DNA from: a virus
Taxonomy: Duplodnaviria > Caudoviricetes
Length of the DNA: 64,000 nt
Reading direction: 5' to 3' (one strand)
IMG/VR virus record: IMGVR_UViG_3300005934_000002
Coordinates: 1-64,000 of that record
The notes under the pieces are model-generated. The model saw nothing but the letters and a program-made list of their open reading frames with translations, made no database searches and had not been told where the DNA came from. A program made the position numbers and the translations under genes. This document shows, piece after piece, positions 45,976-55,309 of this stretch. Position 1 is the first letter of the stretch. Each line of letters opens with the position of its first letter.

Positions 45976-46645
45976 ATGATACTCTTCCAGGCCAGTGTTT
46001 TAAAATAAGATCTTCAACTTCAAGATTACTCATCCTTGAGTTTTCGCCTTTAATTTGTTGTACAATCGTTTCCATATGAGTACACCAATTTTTAGTTGAT
46101 TCTTCTAATTTATATCCTAAGTGGGGATAAACAAACTTAGAAACATAATTCATATGTTCTAAAATACTTGGGTGTTGATCTCCGTATACAGATTTTGTAT
46201 TAGGAAAAATATTATTATGACCTGGTAAATTTTCTTTTATTTTTCTTATGTGTCCGTTAAAAATATTGTTAGTAAATTGTTGTACAAAAGCATTACCTTG
46301 TAAAATAGCAGTTTTGTTTCTTATATTGTCGTTTTCCTCACTCCAGTGATTTTTTAAATAATCATCTGAATAGTAATCACTGTTTAATATATTACCTTCA
46401 GTAATCCATTTATCTTCTTTAAATAAATCAACTCTTGTCCAACTACTCCACAATATGCAAATAATATCTTCGTTTGTAAAATTATGTTTTTCATTTGCTT
46501 CAACTAATCTACAAGCAATACCTTGATTGCCCATTCCTGCTTTTGCATAATTATGAGTTTCACAATCTAAATCTTTAGAAATAATATCACTCCAAGTAGG
46601 CCAAATATATTCTGTATATGAACAACCAAATGTAAACAATCTCAT
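45968..46645 (-). CDS. SGNH/GDSL-like hypothetical protein, paralog of 49393
   Basis: FTFGCSYT, NYAKAGMGNQGI and DQHP (DxHP) motifs. Confidence 0.55.
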   Translation of the reverse strand: MRLFTFGCSYTEYIWPTWSDIISKDLDCETHNYAKAGMGNQGIACRLVEANEKHNFTNEDIICILWSSWTRVDLFKEDKWITEGNILNSDYYSDDYLKNHWSEENDNIRNKTAILQGNAFVQQFTNNIFNGHIRKIKENLPGHNNIFPNTKSVYGDQHPSILEHMNYVSKFVYPHLGYKLEESTKNWCTHMETIVQQIKGENSRMSNLEVEDLILKHWPGRVSYV

Positions 46646-47226
46646 TGAAAAACTCCCATGGAAGGCAAATAAGGATAATCGTCACTTGTCCATAACTTAT
46701 CCGGATTAACAGTTTTTAATTTTTCAATACCAAGTTGTGCAGTTTCAGGAGTCATATAGTAGTGATATCCTATTTGTTTTATATCTTGTTCTGCCCAAGG
46801 TTTGTCGTCAGTTCTACCATCGTATGCCATTTGCTTAAGAACTTGATAATCCTGTTCTGTAGGACAAAGTATTGCACCACCTCTACCAAGGCTTAACATT
46901 TTTTTATGTTGGAAACTTAAACACATTAATTGTCCTCGAATGTAACTTTCTTTTGCAAAATTTACAGCACCGTCAATGATTCTTGTACCACCAATAAAAT
47001 AAAATCCCACCCAATTGGCATTTACAAAAGACCAATCTAAATTAAGTTTCATTAGTGTAAAAGGAATACTAATGTAAGTTCGTGTAGGAATGGTTAACTT
47101 TACTTGTGGATTGTCATATCTTAAAGAAAGTTCTATTGCATGGGTACAACTATCAACAGCAACAGCGTATGGAGCACCATAGTAATCTGCTATTTGTTTT
47201 TCGAATTCTTTGACTGTTTCAAACAT
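46642..47226 (-). CDS. Compact DegT/DnrJ/EryC1/StrS-family PLP aminotransferase
   Basis: FEKQIADYYGAPYAVAVDSCTHAIEL, IIDGA, SFQHKK (PLP Lys), GRGGAIL, GYHYYM. Confidence 0.8.
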   Translation of the reverse strand: MFETVKEFEKQIADYYGAPYAVAVDSCTHAIELSLRYDNPQVKLTIPTRTYISIPFTLMKLNLDWSFVNANWVGFYFIGGTRIIDGAVNFAKESYIRGQLMCLSFQHKKMLSLGRGGAILCPTEQDYQVLKQMAYDGRTDDKPWAEQDIKQIGYHYYMTPETAQLGIEKLKTVNPDKLWTSDDYPYLPSMGVFQ

Positions 47227-47231
47227 ACACG

Positions 47232-47239
47232 TATTTATA
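47232..47239 (-). promoter_or_regulatory. Perfect T4 late promoter TATAAATA
   Basis: Exact consensus, 5 nt upstream of the ATG at 47226. Confidence 0.75.
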
Positions 47240-47248
47240 TACGCAGTT

Positions 47249-47256
47249 AATAAGTA
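47249..47256 (+). promoter_or_regulatory. Divergent late-type promoter (AATAAGTA)
   Basis: Lies 5 nt upstream of the GTG at 47262. Confidence 0.55.
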
Positions 47257-47261
47257 TATAT

Positions 47262-48212
47262 GTGAGTGAAAGCATGAATTTAATATTATGGCATAGGTCT
47301 TGGAACCTGCAAAAATTATTGGATAAAATCCAAAATAATTCTAATCAGATGATTAGAGTATTAGGTGCTGAAGAATATGCTATAATGGGTTGGGACGATC
47401 CTAATAATGAAAAAATACTTAGACAAATTAAAGAAGAAATATCTGCTTCTTCTAATACTGTTGAGTTTGTTTGTGGCGGATTTCCTACAAGCAACTCTTT
47501 TCATCCAGGGAAAAATGTAACATATTGGACAACATTTTGGCCAACTAAAACTTGGTATGAACTTAACAAATGGGGTCATGTTGCAAATAATAATAAGTTT
47601 ACAAAAGCATATGTCAATCTAAATAATAAGCCTTGGCGTTTTCGTTGCGAAATGCTCGATCAATTATCTAAAAGAGATTTAATTTCTAAAGGTGCAATTA
47701 GTTGGAATGAAACAAACAGAGATTATGACTTTAAACATTGGAAACAAGAACGTTTAATAATTGATCCAGAGTACGCTGAAACTACAGAACAATATGGTTC
47801 TTTCCCACCGGCGTTTCTTGAAAGTTTTATGAGTCTTGTAAACGAATCAACAATGGACACAATTTTTCCTACAGAAAAAACTTACACACCTATCTATTTT
47901 AAAAAACCATTCTTAGTTTGGAGTGTACCTAATTTTCATAAGGCACTACAAGAATTAGGATTTGAATTATATGATGAAATTTTTGATTACAGTTTTGATT
48001 CAATTGAAGATAATAAAAAGAGATTAAATGCTATTTTAGATCAAGTTGAAAGTATTGTAGATAAAGATTATCAAAAGTTGTATAATTTGGTTGCAGAAAA
48101 AGCAGAAAGAAACTATAATATACTAAAGAATATTAGGTTTGATATCAGCAAGGTACCTAACAGCATCTTGCAATTTGGCGGTTACGAACAATTAGTTAAG
48201 GATATGAAATGA
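47262..48212 (+). CDS. Glycosyltransferase-like protein (GT-B/GT10-like C-terminus)
   Basis: VNES...PTEKTY.PIYFKKPF...LGFELYDEIFDYSFD; paralog of 43497. Confidence 0.5.
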   Translation: MSESMNLILWHRSWNLQKLLDKIQNNSNQMIRVLGAEEYAIMGWDDPNNEKILRQIKEEISASSNTVEFVCGGFPTSNSFHPGKNVTYWTTFWPTKTWYELNKWGHVANNNKFTKAYVNLNNKPWRFRCEMLDQLSKRDLISKGAISWNETNRDYDFKHWKQERLIIDPEYAETTEQYGSFPPAFLESFMSLVNESTMDTIFPTEKTYTPIYFKKPFLVWSVPNFHKALQELGFELYDEIFDYSFDSIEDNKKRLNAILDQVESIVDKDYQKLYNLVAEKAERNYNILKNIRFDISKVPNSILQFGGYEQLVKDMK

Positions 48213-49396
48213 GTACAATAGGATTTATTGGTGTAGGTAAATTAGGTGAACCTTGCGCCACTGAAATAATTAAAAAAGGTCATAAGGTAAAAGGTTATGA
48301 CGTTTCTTCTTTCAATAGTGAACATATTGAAGTAGCAGAAACTATTAAGGATTGTGTAAAAGATACAGACATTGTATTTGTTGCAGTACCAACACCACAT
48401 CACCCAGACTATGACGGTAGACGTCCTACAAGTCATTTAGAGCCTAAGGACTTTGATTATTCTATTGTAATTGATGTATTAAAAGAAGCAAACAAACATA
48501 TGAACAAAAAACAGTTGCTTGTTTTAATATCAACTGTATTACCTGGAACAACACGTAGAGAATTTGTTCCACTTGTAAACAATACACGTTTTGTTTATAA
48601 CCCTTATCTAATTGCAATGGGAACTGTAGGTTGGGATATGGTCAATCCTGAAATGATTATGATTGGCACTGACGACGGTAGCGAAACAGGTGACGCAAAA
48701 CAGTTGCGTGATTTTTATGATACAGTAATGGAAAATAATCCACGTTACGTTATAGGAACATATGACGAGTGTGAATGTATTAAAGTTTTCTACAATACGT
48801 TTATTAGTACAAAACTAAGTCTTGTTAATATGATGCAAGACGTAGCACAAAAACAAGGTAACATTAATGTTGATATAGTTACCAAAGCACTTGCTGATTC
48901 GACAATGCGTATTATGAGTGATCGCTACATGACAGCAGGTATGGGAGATGGTGGCAGTTGTCACCCAAGAGATAATATTGCACTACGATATATGGCAAAA
49001 GAATTAGACTTGCAGTATGATATCTTTGATAGTATTATGACAGCAAGAGAAGTACAAGCAAAAAATCTTGCAAAATTTGTTGTTGAAACAAAAGAAAAGT
49101 TTGGTGGCAGTATTATATTAAATGGCATTTCATATAAACCGGGTGTAAGTTATATTGACGGAAGTTATGCACTTCTTGTTGATCATTATATTAAAGAGTT
49201 AGGACACTCTGCAATTTATATCGATCCATTAGCAAGTGAAATGCCAAGTAGTGCGGCATCGATAGGAGGTATTGTTTTAATGTGCCATCCTGAAATGTAT
49301 TTAGACTATTCAACTGACAGTATTATTATTGATCCTTGGAGACAAGTAGCGAAGAATCCGAAGTATATGGTGATACATTATGGAAACACAAGATGA
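48209..49396 (+). CDS. ugd: UDP-glucose/GDP-mannose 6-dehydrogenase family protein
   Basis: IGFIGVGKLG Rossmann motif, VAVPTP, ISTVLPGT, YNP, ECIKVFYNTFISTK and GDGGSCHPRD with catalytic Cys. Confidence 0.9.
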   Translation: MSTIGFIGVGKLGEPCATEIIKKGHKVKGYDVSSFNSEHIEVAETIKDCVKDTDIVFVAVPTPHHPDYDGRRPTSHLEPKDFDYSIVIDVLKEANKHMNKKQLLVLISTVLPGTTRREFVPLVNNTRFVYNPYLIAMGTVGWDMVNPEMIMIGTDDGSETGDAKQLRDFYDTVMENNPRYVIGTYDECECIKVFYNTFISTKLSLVNMMQDVAQKQGNINVDIVTKALADSTMRIMSDRYMTAGMGDGGSCHPRDNIALRYMAKELDLQYDIFDSIMTAREVQAKNLAKFVVETKEKFGGSIILNGISYKPGVSYIDGSYALLVDHYIKELGHSAIYIDPLASEMPSSAASIGGIVLMCHPEMYLDYSTDSIIIDPWRQVAKNPKYMVIHYGNTR

Positions 49397-50190
49397 GATA
49401 CACTAAGTCACAACCATTGCTATACTTTCCTGGCAAAGCAGGAAAAACTTTACAGTGGTATAATGGTGACGATTTAGAAAACTATAATGAAAGCAATAAA
49501 CCTGGCTGGAATTATTTTGGTACTAAAGACACATTGTTTTATGAATTTAACAGTTTAGGTTATAGAACAAGAGAATTAGATAAACTTAATGATTATATTC
49601 TTGTGTTTGGTTGCAGTTATACAGAAGGTACCGGATTATTCGAAAATGAAATATGGTGTAACGTATTAGGCAACGAATTAGGAATAGATATTTTAAATTT
49701 AGCAAAAGCAGGAACAGGGCCTGACGTTGTAAATCTTAACACACAATTATTTGTAAAAAATAAATTTGTAAAACCTCGTGCAGTTATTAATCAATGGCCG
49801 CAATCTACAAGAAAAAGTTTTGCTTATATAGAGCGTGAAGGACTATTTAAAAGACAATTAAGATTAGAAGATCGTAATGTTAATAACTGGGTAGCAGGTG
49901 AAAATGCTGACAGCGATTGGTATTTTAACAGATGGTTAATGGAAGACGGTCAATTAGAATATGAAAACAGTTTGCATATTAATAGTGTAACCAACCTATG
50001 GAATGCTTTAGGAGTTCCTGTTTTCAATTGGACCTTTGGCGGCGACTTTATGACAAAGTATAACAAAGAAATGGTATCTGTTTTAAAACTTGAAAACACA
50101 GACAGAGCAAGAGATAATGCACATGATGGTCCGTTAATACATAAAGAAGTAGTAGAAAAGATTAGAGATAAAATTGAATGTATGATATAG
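49393..50190 (+). CDS. SGNH/GDSL-like hypothetical protein
   Basis: FNSLGYR, VFGCSYTEG, NLAKAGTG and AHDG motifs; start set at the ATG 49393, which forms an ATGA overlap with ugd. Confidence 0.6.
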   Translation: MRYTKSQPLLYFPGKAGKTLQWYNGDDLENYNESNKPGWNYFGTKDTLFYEFNSLGYRTRELDKLNDYILVFGCSYTEGTGLFENEIWCNVLGNELGIDILNLAKAGTGPDVVNLNTQLFVKNKFVKPRAVINQWPQSTRKSFAYIEREGLFKRQLRLEDRNVNNWVAGENADSDWYFNRWLMEDGQLEYENSLHINSVTNLWNALGVPVFNWTFGGDFMTKYNKEMVSVLKLENTDRARDNAHDGPLIHKEVVEKIRDKIECMI

Positions 50191-50867
50191 TGTTTATAAG
50201 TTATGGCGAACTTAACGCTGATAATAATTGGGAAATTTTAAAAGAACAATTTCCTATGGCTAAACGTGTGAAAGATATAAACGGTATTCATCAAGCACAC
50301 ATTACCGCGGCTAAAAAATGTTTTACTAAAATGTTTTGGGTAGTAGATGGAGATGCAGAATTATCATTAAACTTTCAATTTGATTATAAGGTTTCTGAGT
50401 GGGATTTAGAAACAGTTCATGTATGGAGAAGTATAAATCCTATAAACAACTTGGAATATGGATACGGTGGTGTGAAACTTCTCCCTCGCACACTCACACT
50501 GAACATGGACACCACCGTACCCGACATGACAACAAGTATTAGTAATAAGTTTAAAGCAGTAGACGAAGTGGCAAATATTACTGCATTCAACACTGATCCT
50601 TGGAGTGCATGGAAAAGTGGATTTAGAGAATGTGCAAAACTTTCAAGTAAAGTTATAAAGGGCCAAGTTGATGAAGAAACAGAAAAAAGATTAGATACGT
50701 GGTGTACAGTTGGTGCTGACAGAGAGTATGGCAAGTATGCTATTCATGGCGCACAGTGCGGAAGATACTTTGGTCAAGCACACAAAGACGATAAAGAAAT
50801 GTTACATAAAATTAATGACTTTAAATGGTTAAAGGAGCAGTTTGATGACTACGAAGATACCATTTAG
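50178..50867 (+). CDS. Glycosyltransferase-like protein (DGD motif), paralog of 41056
   Basis: DIVFISY.E.NAD.NW, GIHQAH, VVDGD, YGYGGVK, AWKSGFRECAKL. Confidence 0.6.
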   Translation: MYDIVFISYGELNADNNWEILKEQFPMAKRVKDINGIHQAHITAAKKCFTKMFWVVDGDAELSLNFQFDYKVSEWDLETVHVWRSINPINNLEYGYGGVKLLPRTLTLNMDTTVPDMTTSISNKFKAVDEVANITAFNTDPWSAWKSGFRECAKLSSKVIKGQVDEETEKRLDTWCTVGADREYGKYAIHGAQCGRYFGQAHKDDKEMLHKINDFKWLKEQFDDYEDTI

Positions 50868-51804
50868 TGATATAGTTCGATTCGGACAAAAAACAATGTT
50901 AGATACAAATCTGTTTTCAGTCAGTTGGATTATTGGTCGTTTTTGTAATTACAAATGTAGTTACTGTTGGCCTTACGCAAATACAGACAAACCAGACTAT
51001 TATGATTTAGCAACGTATAAAGACACAATAGATGAAATAAAATACCAAGCAAGGGCAAATGGGTTTGATAGATTTCATTTTAGTTTCAGCGGCGGTGAAC
51101 CTACAGCATATAAAGACTTGTTAAAATTAATAAAACATTATGAAGATTTTGAAAGTCCTTACTTGAGTATACACATGACCAGTAATTGTAGTCCTGCAAA
51201 AAGTTGGTGGAAGAAATGGTTAGATGTAACTCATGTCATGGATAGAAGAAGTATTACAGCAAGTTTCCATGCGGAATTTGCCAACGAAAAAGAATTCGGA
51301 GATAAACTTTTATATCTCCAAGACGAAGGAGTACTTATAACTATTAACCAAGTTATGGTACCTGAACATTGGAAGGAATATTATGAAAGAAGTAAAAGAT
51401 TCATTGAAAGAGGTTTGCACGTTACTCTTAAGCCGCAATCAGATCCTACTGCGTCATTTGTTGTCGATGGTTACACGGAACAACAAAAAGAAATACTCCA
51501 AAACGAAAGCGAACAAAATGTACCTCAAGTCAGGTTACAAGACTCTCAAGGAGTAGAATACGAAATCGATCAAGCGGAAAGATTCAATGCATTTGGCTTC
51601 AACAAGTTTAAAGGTTGGAATTGTAATGCAGGATATCAAAGTTGCATCATTAGGGGCAATGAAGTAAAACGTGCATACAGTTGTCACGATGTTCCATTGG
51701 GAACAATAACAGATGGTTTTCAATTATTTGATACACCTAAAAAATGTATTACACCGAGTTGCGTTAGTAGTGCGGATAGTAAAATACCAAAGAGTAAAAA
51801 ATGA
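50845..51804 (+). CDS. Radical SAM protein with C-terminal SPASM/twitch-like Cys domain
   Basis: CNYKCSYC; FSGGEPT; C-terminal WNCNAG...SC...C..PSCVSSAD. Confidence 0.88.
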   Translation: MTTKIPFSDIVRFGQKTMLDTNLFSVSWIIGRFCNYKCSYCWPYANTDKPDYYDLATYKDTIDEIKYQARANGFDRFHFSFSGGEPTAYKDLLKLIKHYEDFESPYLSIHMTSNCSPAKSWWKKWLDVTHVMDRRSITASFHAEFANEKEFGDKLLYLQDEGVLITINQVMVPEHWKEYYERSKRFIERGLHVTLKPQSDPTASFVVDGYTEQQKEILQNESEQNVPQVRLQDSQGVEYEIDQAERFNAFGFNKFKGWNCNAGYQSCIIRGNEVKRAYSCHDVPLGTITDGFQLFDTPKKCITPSCVSSADSKIPKSKK

Positions 51805-52400
51805 AAATTGAATTAGAAGATATAATGTTTTGGATGGACGCTATTCGCAACAGCAATGATCGTGATCGTACACTTGAAAGTTTTTGGAAGGGACAGTTAC
51901 GTAGTAAACAAGCCTTGGTAAAAATGTTAGAATATAAATGCGATTATAAAAAAGAATATTCTATTGTGGTTCACGGTGGTTGGAATGGTGTATTAGCAAG
52001 TTTACTTTTTAACAGTCATCTTAACATTAAGCGTATTGAATCTGTAGATATAGATCCTAACTGCGAAGAGACAGCAAAGACTATGAATAAAAATCAAGAA
52101 ATGGAGGGTAGATTTACTGCAAGAACCGCCGATATGTGTACAGATAAGTATAATGCAGATATTGTGATCAACACAAGTTGTGAACATTTAGATAACGTCA
52201 AATTAAAACAATGGTTTGATAACATACCTCAAGGTACTATGTATGTTATGCAAAGCAATAACTATGCAGAACTTGAAGAACACATTAACTGTGTAAACAG
52301 TGCAACCGAATTGGCTGAATCTGTTGATGCTAAAGATTACAGCGTAGAGGAGATTGTATTACCAAAGTATACAAGGTATATGATTAGTGGAATAAAATGA
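51801..52400 (+). CDS. Class I SAM-dependent methyltransferase
   Basis: HGGWNGVL, SVDIDP, ADM, and VINTSCEH motifs. Confidence 0.75.
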   Translation: MKIELEDIMFWMDAIRNSNDRDRTLESFWKGQLRSKQALVKMLEYKCDYKKEYSIVVHGGWNGVLASLLFNSHLNIKRIESVDIDPNCEETAKTMNKNQEMEGRFTARTADMCTDKYNADIVINTSCEHLDNVKLKQWFDNIPQGTMYVMQSNNYAELEEHINCVNSATELAESVDAKDYSVEEIVLPKYTRYMISGIK

Positions 52401-53017
52401 ATTACGAAACAATAACACAATACGGAAGTTTTATAGAGTTAGACGTAGTTACTGATGCAGAGCAATTAGTTGCTTGGTCAAATGATTTTAAATGGGTAAA
52501 ATATAATCCACGTAAAGATGTTAATAGATGGGGATTAAGTATTACAAGTCTTGATGGAGGATTAACAGGAGTACCAGACTTAGATAGTTTATACGAATAT
52601 AATCAAGAGAACGGAACTTCTTATAAAGAACAAGATTTTAAAACTCCTACACCAGTTCTCAATAAACAGATTCACGATATACTAAAACCTTGGGATGGTT
52701 ATTATTATAGAACACATTTCTTAAAATTTGGACCAGGTGGATTTTTCCCTCCACATAGAGATTGGAATTACCATACAGGCACACCTGATAATTTTAGATT
52801 AATAATGCCTTTAAGGAATGTTAATCCTCCTTCGTTTAACTTTGTATATGAAGATAAAACTTTGCATTGGGAAACAGGAAGAATGTATTTCTTAGATACT
52901 CAACGTATGCACTATCTATTTAATAGCAGTTTTACCGACAGTTATTGGATGGTAGTTAATGTTCATTTGAATACAGAAACCATAATGAAAACATTAGAGA
53001 GGTTAAATCAGAAGTAA
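52397..53017 (+). CDS. Asp/Asn beta-hydroxylase-like 2OG-Fe(II) oxygenase
   Basis: FFPPHRD (HxD)...WETGRMYFLDTQRMHYLFN. Confidence 0.72.
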   Translation: MNYETITQYGSFIELDVVTDAEQLVAWSNDFKWVKYNPRKDVNRWGLSITSLDGGLTGVPDLDSLYEYNQENGTSYKEQDFKTPTPVLNKQIHDILKPWDGYYYRTHFLKFGPGGFFPPHRDWNYHTGTPDNFRLIMPLRNVNPPSFNFVYEDKTLHWETGRMYFLDTQRMHYLFNSSFTDSYWMVVNVHLNTETIMKTLERLNQK

Positions 53018-54015
53018 TGTATAGTTATGGAGATATCACTTCAATACATTTAGAAGTAACTTCTAAGTGTCAAGCACGATGTCCAATGTGTCCTCGTAGA
53101 ATTCACGGAGGTCCATTATTAGATAGTTTTGATTTAGAAGAAATAGACTTAGGAACTTTTGTTAATTGGTTTCCGAGAGACTTTGTACGTCAATTAAAAT
53201 TTCTTAATATGTGTGGTAACTTAGGAGATCCTATTGTTGCAAAAGATACATTAGAAATTTTCAAATACTTACGCGAAACAAATTCTGAAATGACTTTACA
53301 AATGCACACAAATGGTAGTGGCAGATCAGAAGCATGGTGGAAAGAACTTGCCCAATTAAAAATTAAAGTAGTATTTGGTATAGACGGTTTAGAAGACACT
53401 CATGCACTGTATAGAATATCTACAGATTGGTCACGTATTATAAAAAATGCAAAAACCTATATTGAAGCAGGTGGCGATGCACGTTGGGATATGCTTGTAT
53501 TTGAACACAACGAAGATCAGGTAGATGCTTGTGAACAAATGAGTAAAGACTTAGGATTTAAAGGTTTTAGCATTAAACATACAACAAGATTTAAAGACGG
53601 TAAGTTTGATGTGTTAGATGACGATTATAATATAACTCATACATTATATCCATCTAAGAAAAGTTTAGAAATGATTGAACCTGCTAAACAAGCACAAAGT
53701 GAAATACTGCCCACAATTAGTTGCAAAGCAAAAAATGATAGTCAAATGTATATAAGTGCTAACGGTAATGTAAGTCCGTGCTGTTGGTTAGATAACGAAT
53801 GGCATCCGCAACATAGTCCAAGTAGATTGGATTATAAAGTTAAAATAAAAGAATATCCTAATTTGCATAAGAATACTATACAAGAAATATTTGATTCAAA
53901 CTTCTTTAACAAGATAGAAAAAACATGGACTACTTGTGGTATGCTTGAATGTTCTAAACAGTGTGGAAGTTTTGACAAATTAAACAAACAGTTTGAAAGG
54001 ATAGAGCATGAGTAA
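53017..54015 (+). CDS. Radical SAM protein with C-terminal SPASM/twitch-like domain, paralog of 62687
   Basis: CQARCPMC; CGNLGDP; GIDGL; SPCCWL; C..QC. Confidence 0.88.
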   Translation: MYSYGDITSIHLEVTSKCQARCPMCPRRIHGGPLLDSFDLEEIDLGTFVNWFPRDFVRQLKFLNMCGNLGDPIVAKDTLEIFKYLRETNSEMTLQMHTNGSGRSEAWWKELAQLKIKVVFGIDGLEDTHALYRISTDWSRIIKNAKTYIEAGGDARWDMLVFEHNEDQVDACEQMSKDLGFKGFSIKHTTRFKDGKFDVLDDDYNITHTLYPSKKSLEMIEPAKQAQSEILPTISCKAKNDSQMYISANGNVSPCCWLDNEWHPQHSPSRLDYKVKIKEYPNLHKNTIQEIFDSNFFNKIEKTWTTCGMLECSKQCGSFDKLNKQFERIEHE

Positions 54016-55309
54016 AACGTTCTGTCCATTACCTTGGATACATTTAGCAACCAGACCAAATGGTGATGTACGTGTTTGTTGTACAGCAAATGCTTCTGGT
54101 GCAGGTAAAGAAGATGACAAAACAGCAGGACTTGTAAAGCAAGATGGTGTTGCTATGAATTTACGTGACCATACTATTGAAGAAGTATGGAACAGTGAAC
54201 ATATGCGTAGAACAAGACTGCAAATGTTAAATGATGAAATACCTGAAAGTTGTCGCAAGTGTTTTTATGAAGAATCAAAAGGTATTGTTAGTAAACGTCA
54301 ATGGGAAACAGAAGTATGGAAAGAGCGTTTAGACATTGATAGTATTGTTGCAAAAACAGATGACCAAGGAAACATACCTGTTGACATTCCTTACTTTGAC
54401 TTACGTTTGGGCAATGTGTGTAACCTAAAATGTGTAATGTGTTCGCCTCATGATAGTTCAAGTTGGATTAAAGAGTGGAAACTTTTGTATCCTAAGTATA
54501 CAAACAAAGAATTAAAGCGTGACCAAAGTTGGGACGAAAACTTTGATTATACTTGGTATAAGAAAGGTAGTTTCTTAGAGTCAATGAAGGATCAAGCACA
54601 GTATATTAAAGAGTTATATTTTGCAGGTGGCGAGCCTTTAATGATTCCTGAACATTATAATATTTTACAGTTTATGGTAGATGAAGGATATGCAAAAGAT
54701 TGTTGTCTACGTTACAATTCAAATGGCACAGAATTAAATGAAAAACTATTTGTGTTATGGGCATCATTTAAAGAAGTTACTTTTAATTTTAGTATTGATG
54801 CTTATGGCGAAAAAAATGATTACATTAGATATCCAAGTCAGTGGAATATTATTGAAAAGAATTTACAAATATTAGATAGTTGTGGATCTAATATTAGAAT
54901 TAACATTGCCTCAGCAGTACAATTACTTAATGTATCATACATAGATGAATTAGCAGAATGGAAAGCAAGTCAACAGTTTAGTAAAATTAATCTAATGCCG
55001 TTTGGCGGCGGACTTATCAGTACACACCTTGTTTATTTTCCAAGTTACTTAAATGTTAGAGTATTACCGCAAGAACTTAAATTGTTTACAAAACAAAAAC
55101 TTGAAACATTTATAGATAGACAAAAATTTAACAATGATTGGAATAATAGTCCTATGGGCAAACGTAGATGGTTAGGTCTTGTAGATTATATGATGGCAGA
55201 AGATTGGTCAGACAAATTGCCTCAAACAATAGATTATTTAGAAACTATAGATAAATCCAGAGGAACTGATTTTAGAAAAACGTTTCCAGAGTTAGGAGAG
55301 TGTATCTAA
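54008..55309 (+). CDS. Radical SAM protein with N-terminal twitch/SPASM-like domain
   Basis: FCPLPWIH...VCC...CRKC; CNLKCVMC; FAGGEP. Confidence 0.88.
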   Translation: MSKTFCPLPWIHLATRPNGDVRVCCTANASGAGKEDDKTAGLVKQDGVAMNLRDHTIEEVWNSEHMRRTRLQMLNDEIPESCRKCFYEESKGIVSKRQWETEVWKERLDIDSIVAKTDDQGNIPVDIPYFDLRLGNVCNLKCVMCSPHDSSSWIKEWKLLYPKYTNKELKRDQSWDENFDYTWYKKGSFLESMKDQAQYIKELYFAGGEPLMIPEHYNILQFMVDEGYAKDCCLRYNSNGTELNEKLFVLWASFKEVTFNFSIDAYGEKNDYIRYPSQWNIIEKNLQILDSCGSNIRINIASAVQLLNVSYIDELAEWKASQQFSKINLMPFGGGLISTHLVYFPSYLNVRVLPQELKLFTKQKLETFIDRQKFNNDWNNSPMGKRRWLGLVDYMMAEDWSDKLPQTIDYLETIDKSRGTDFRKTFPELGECI

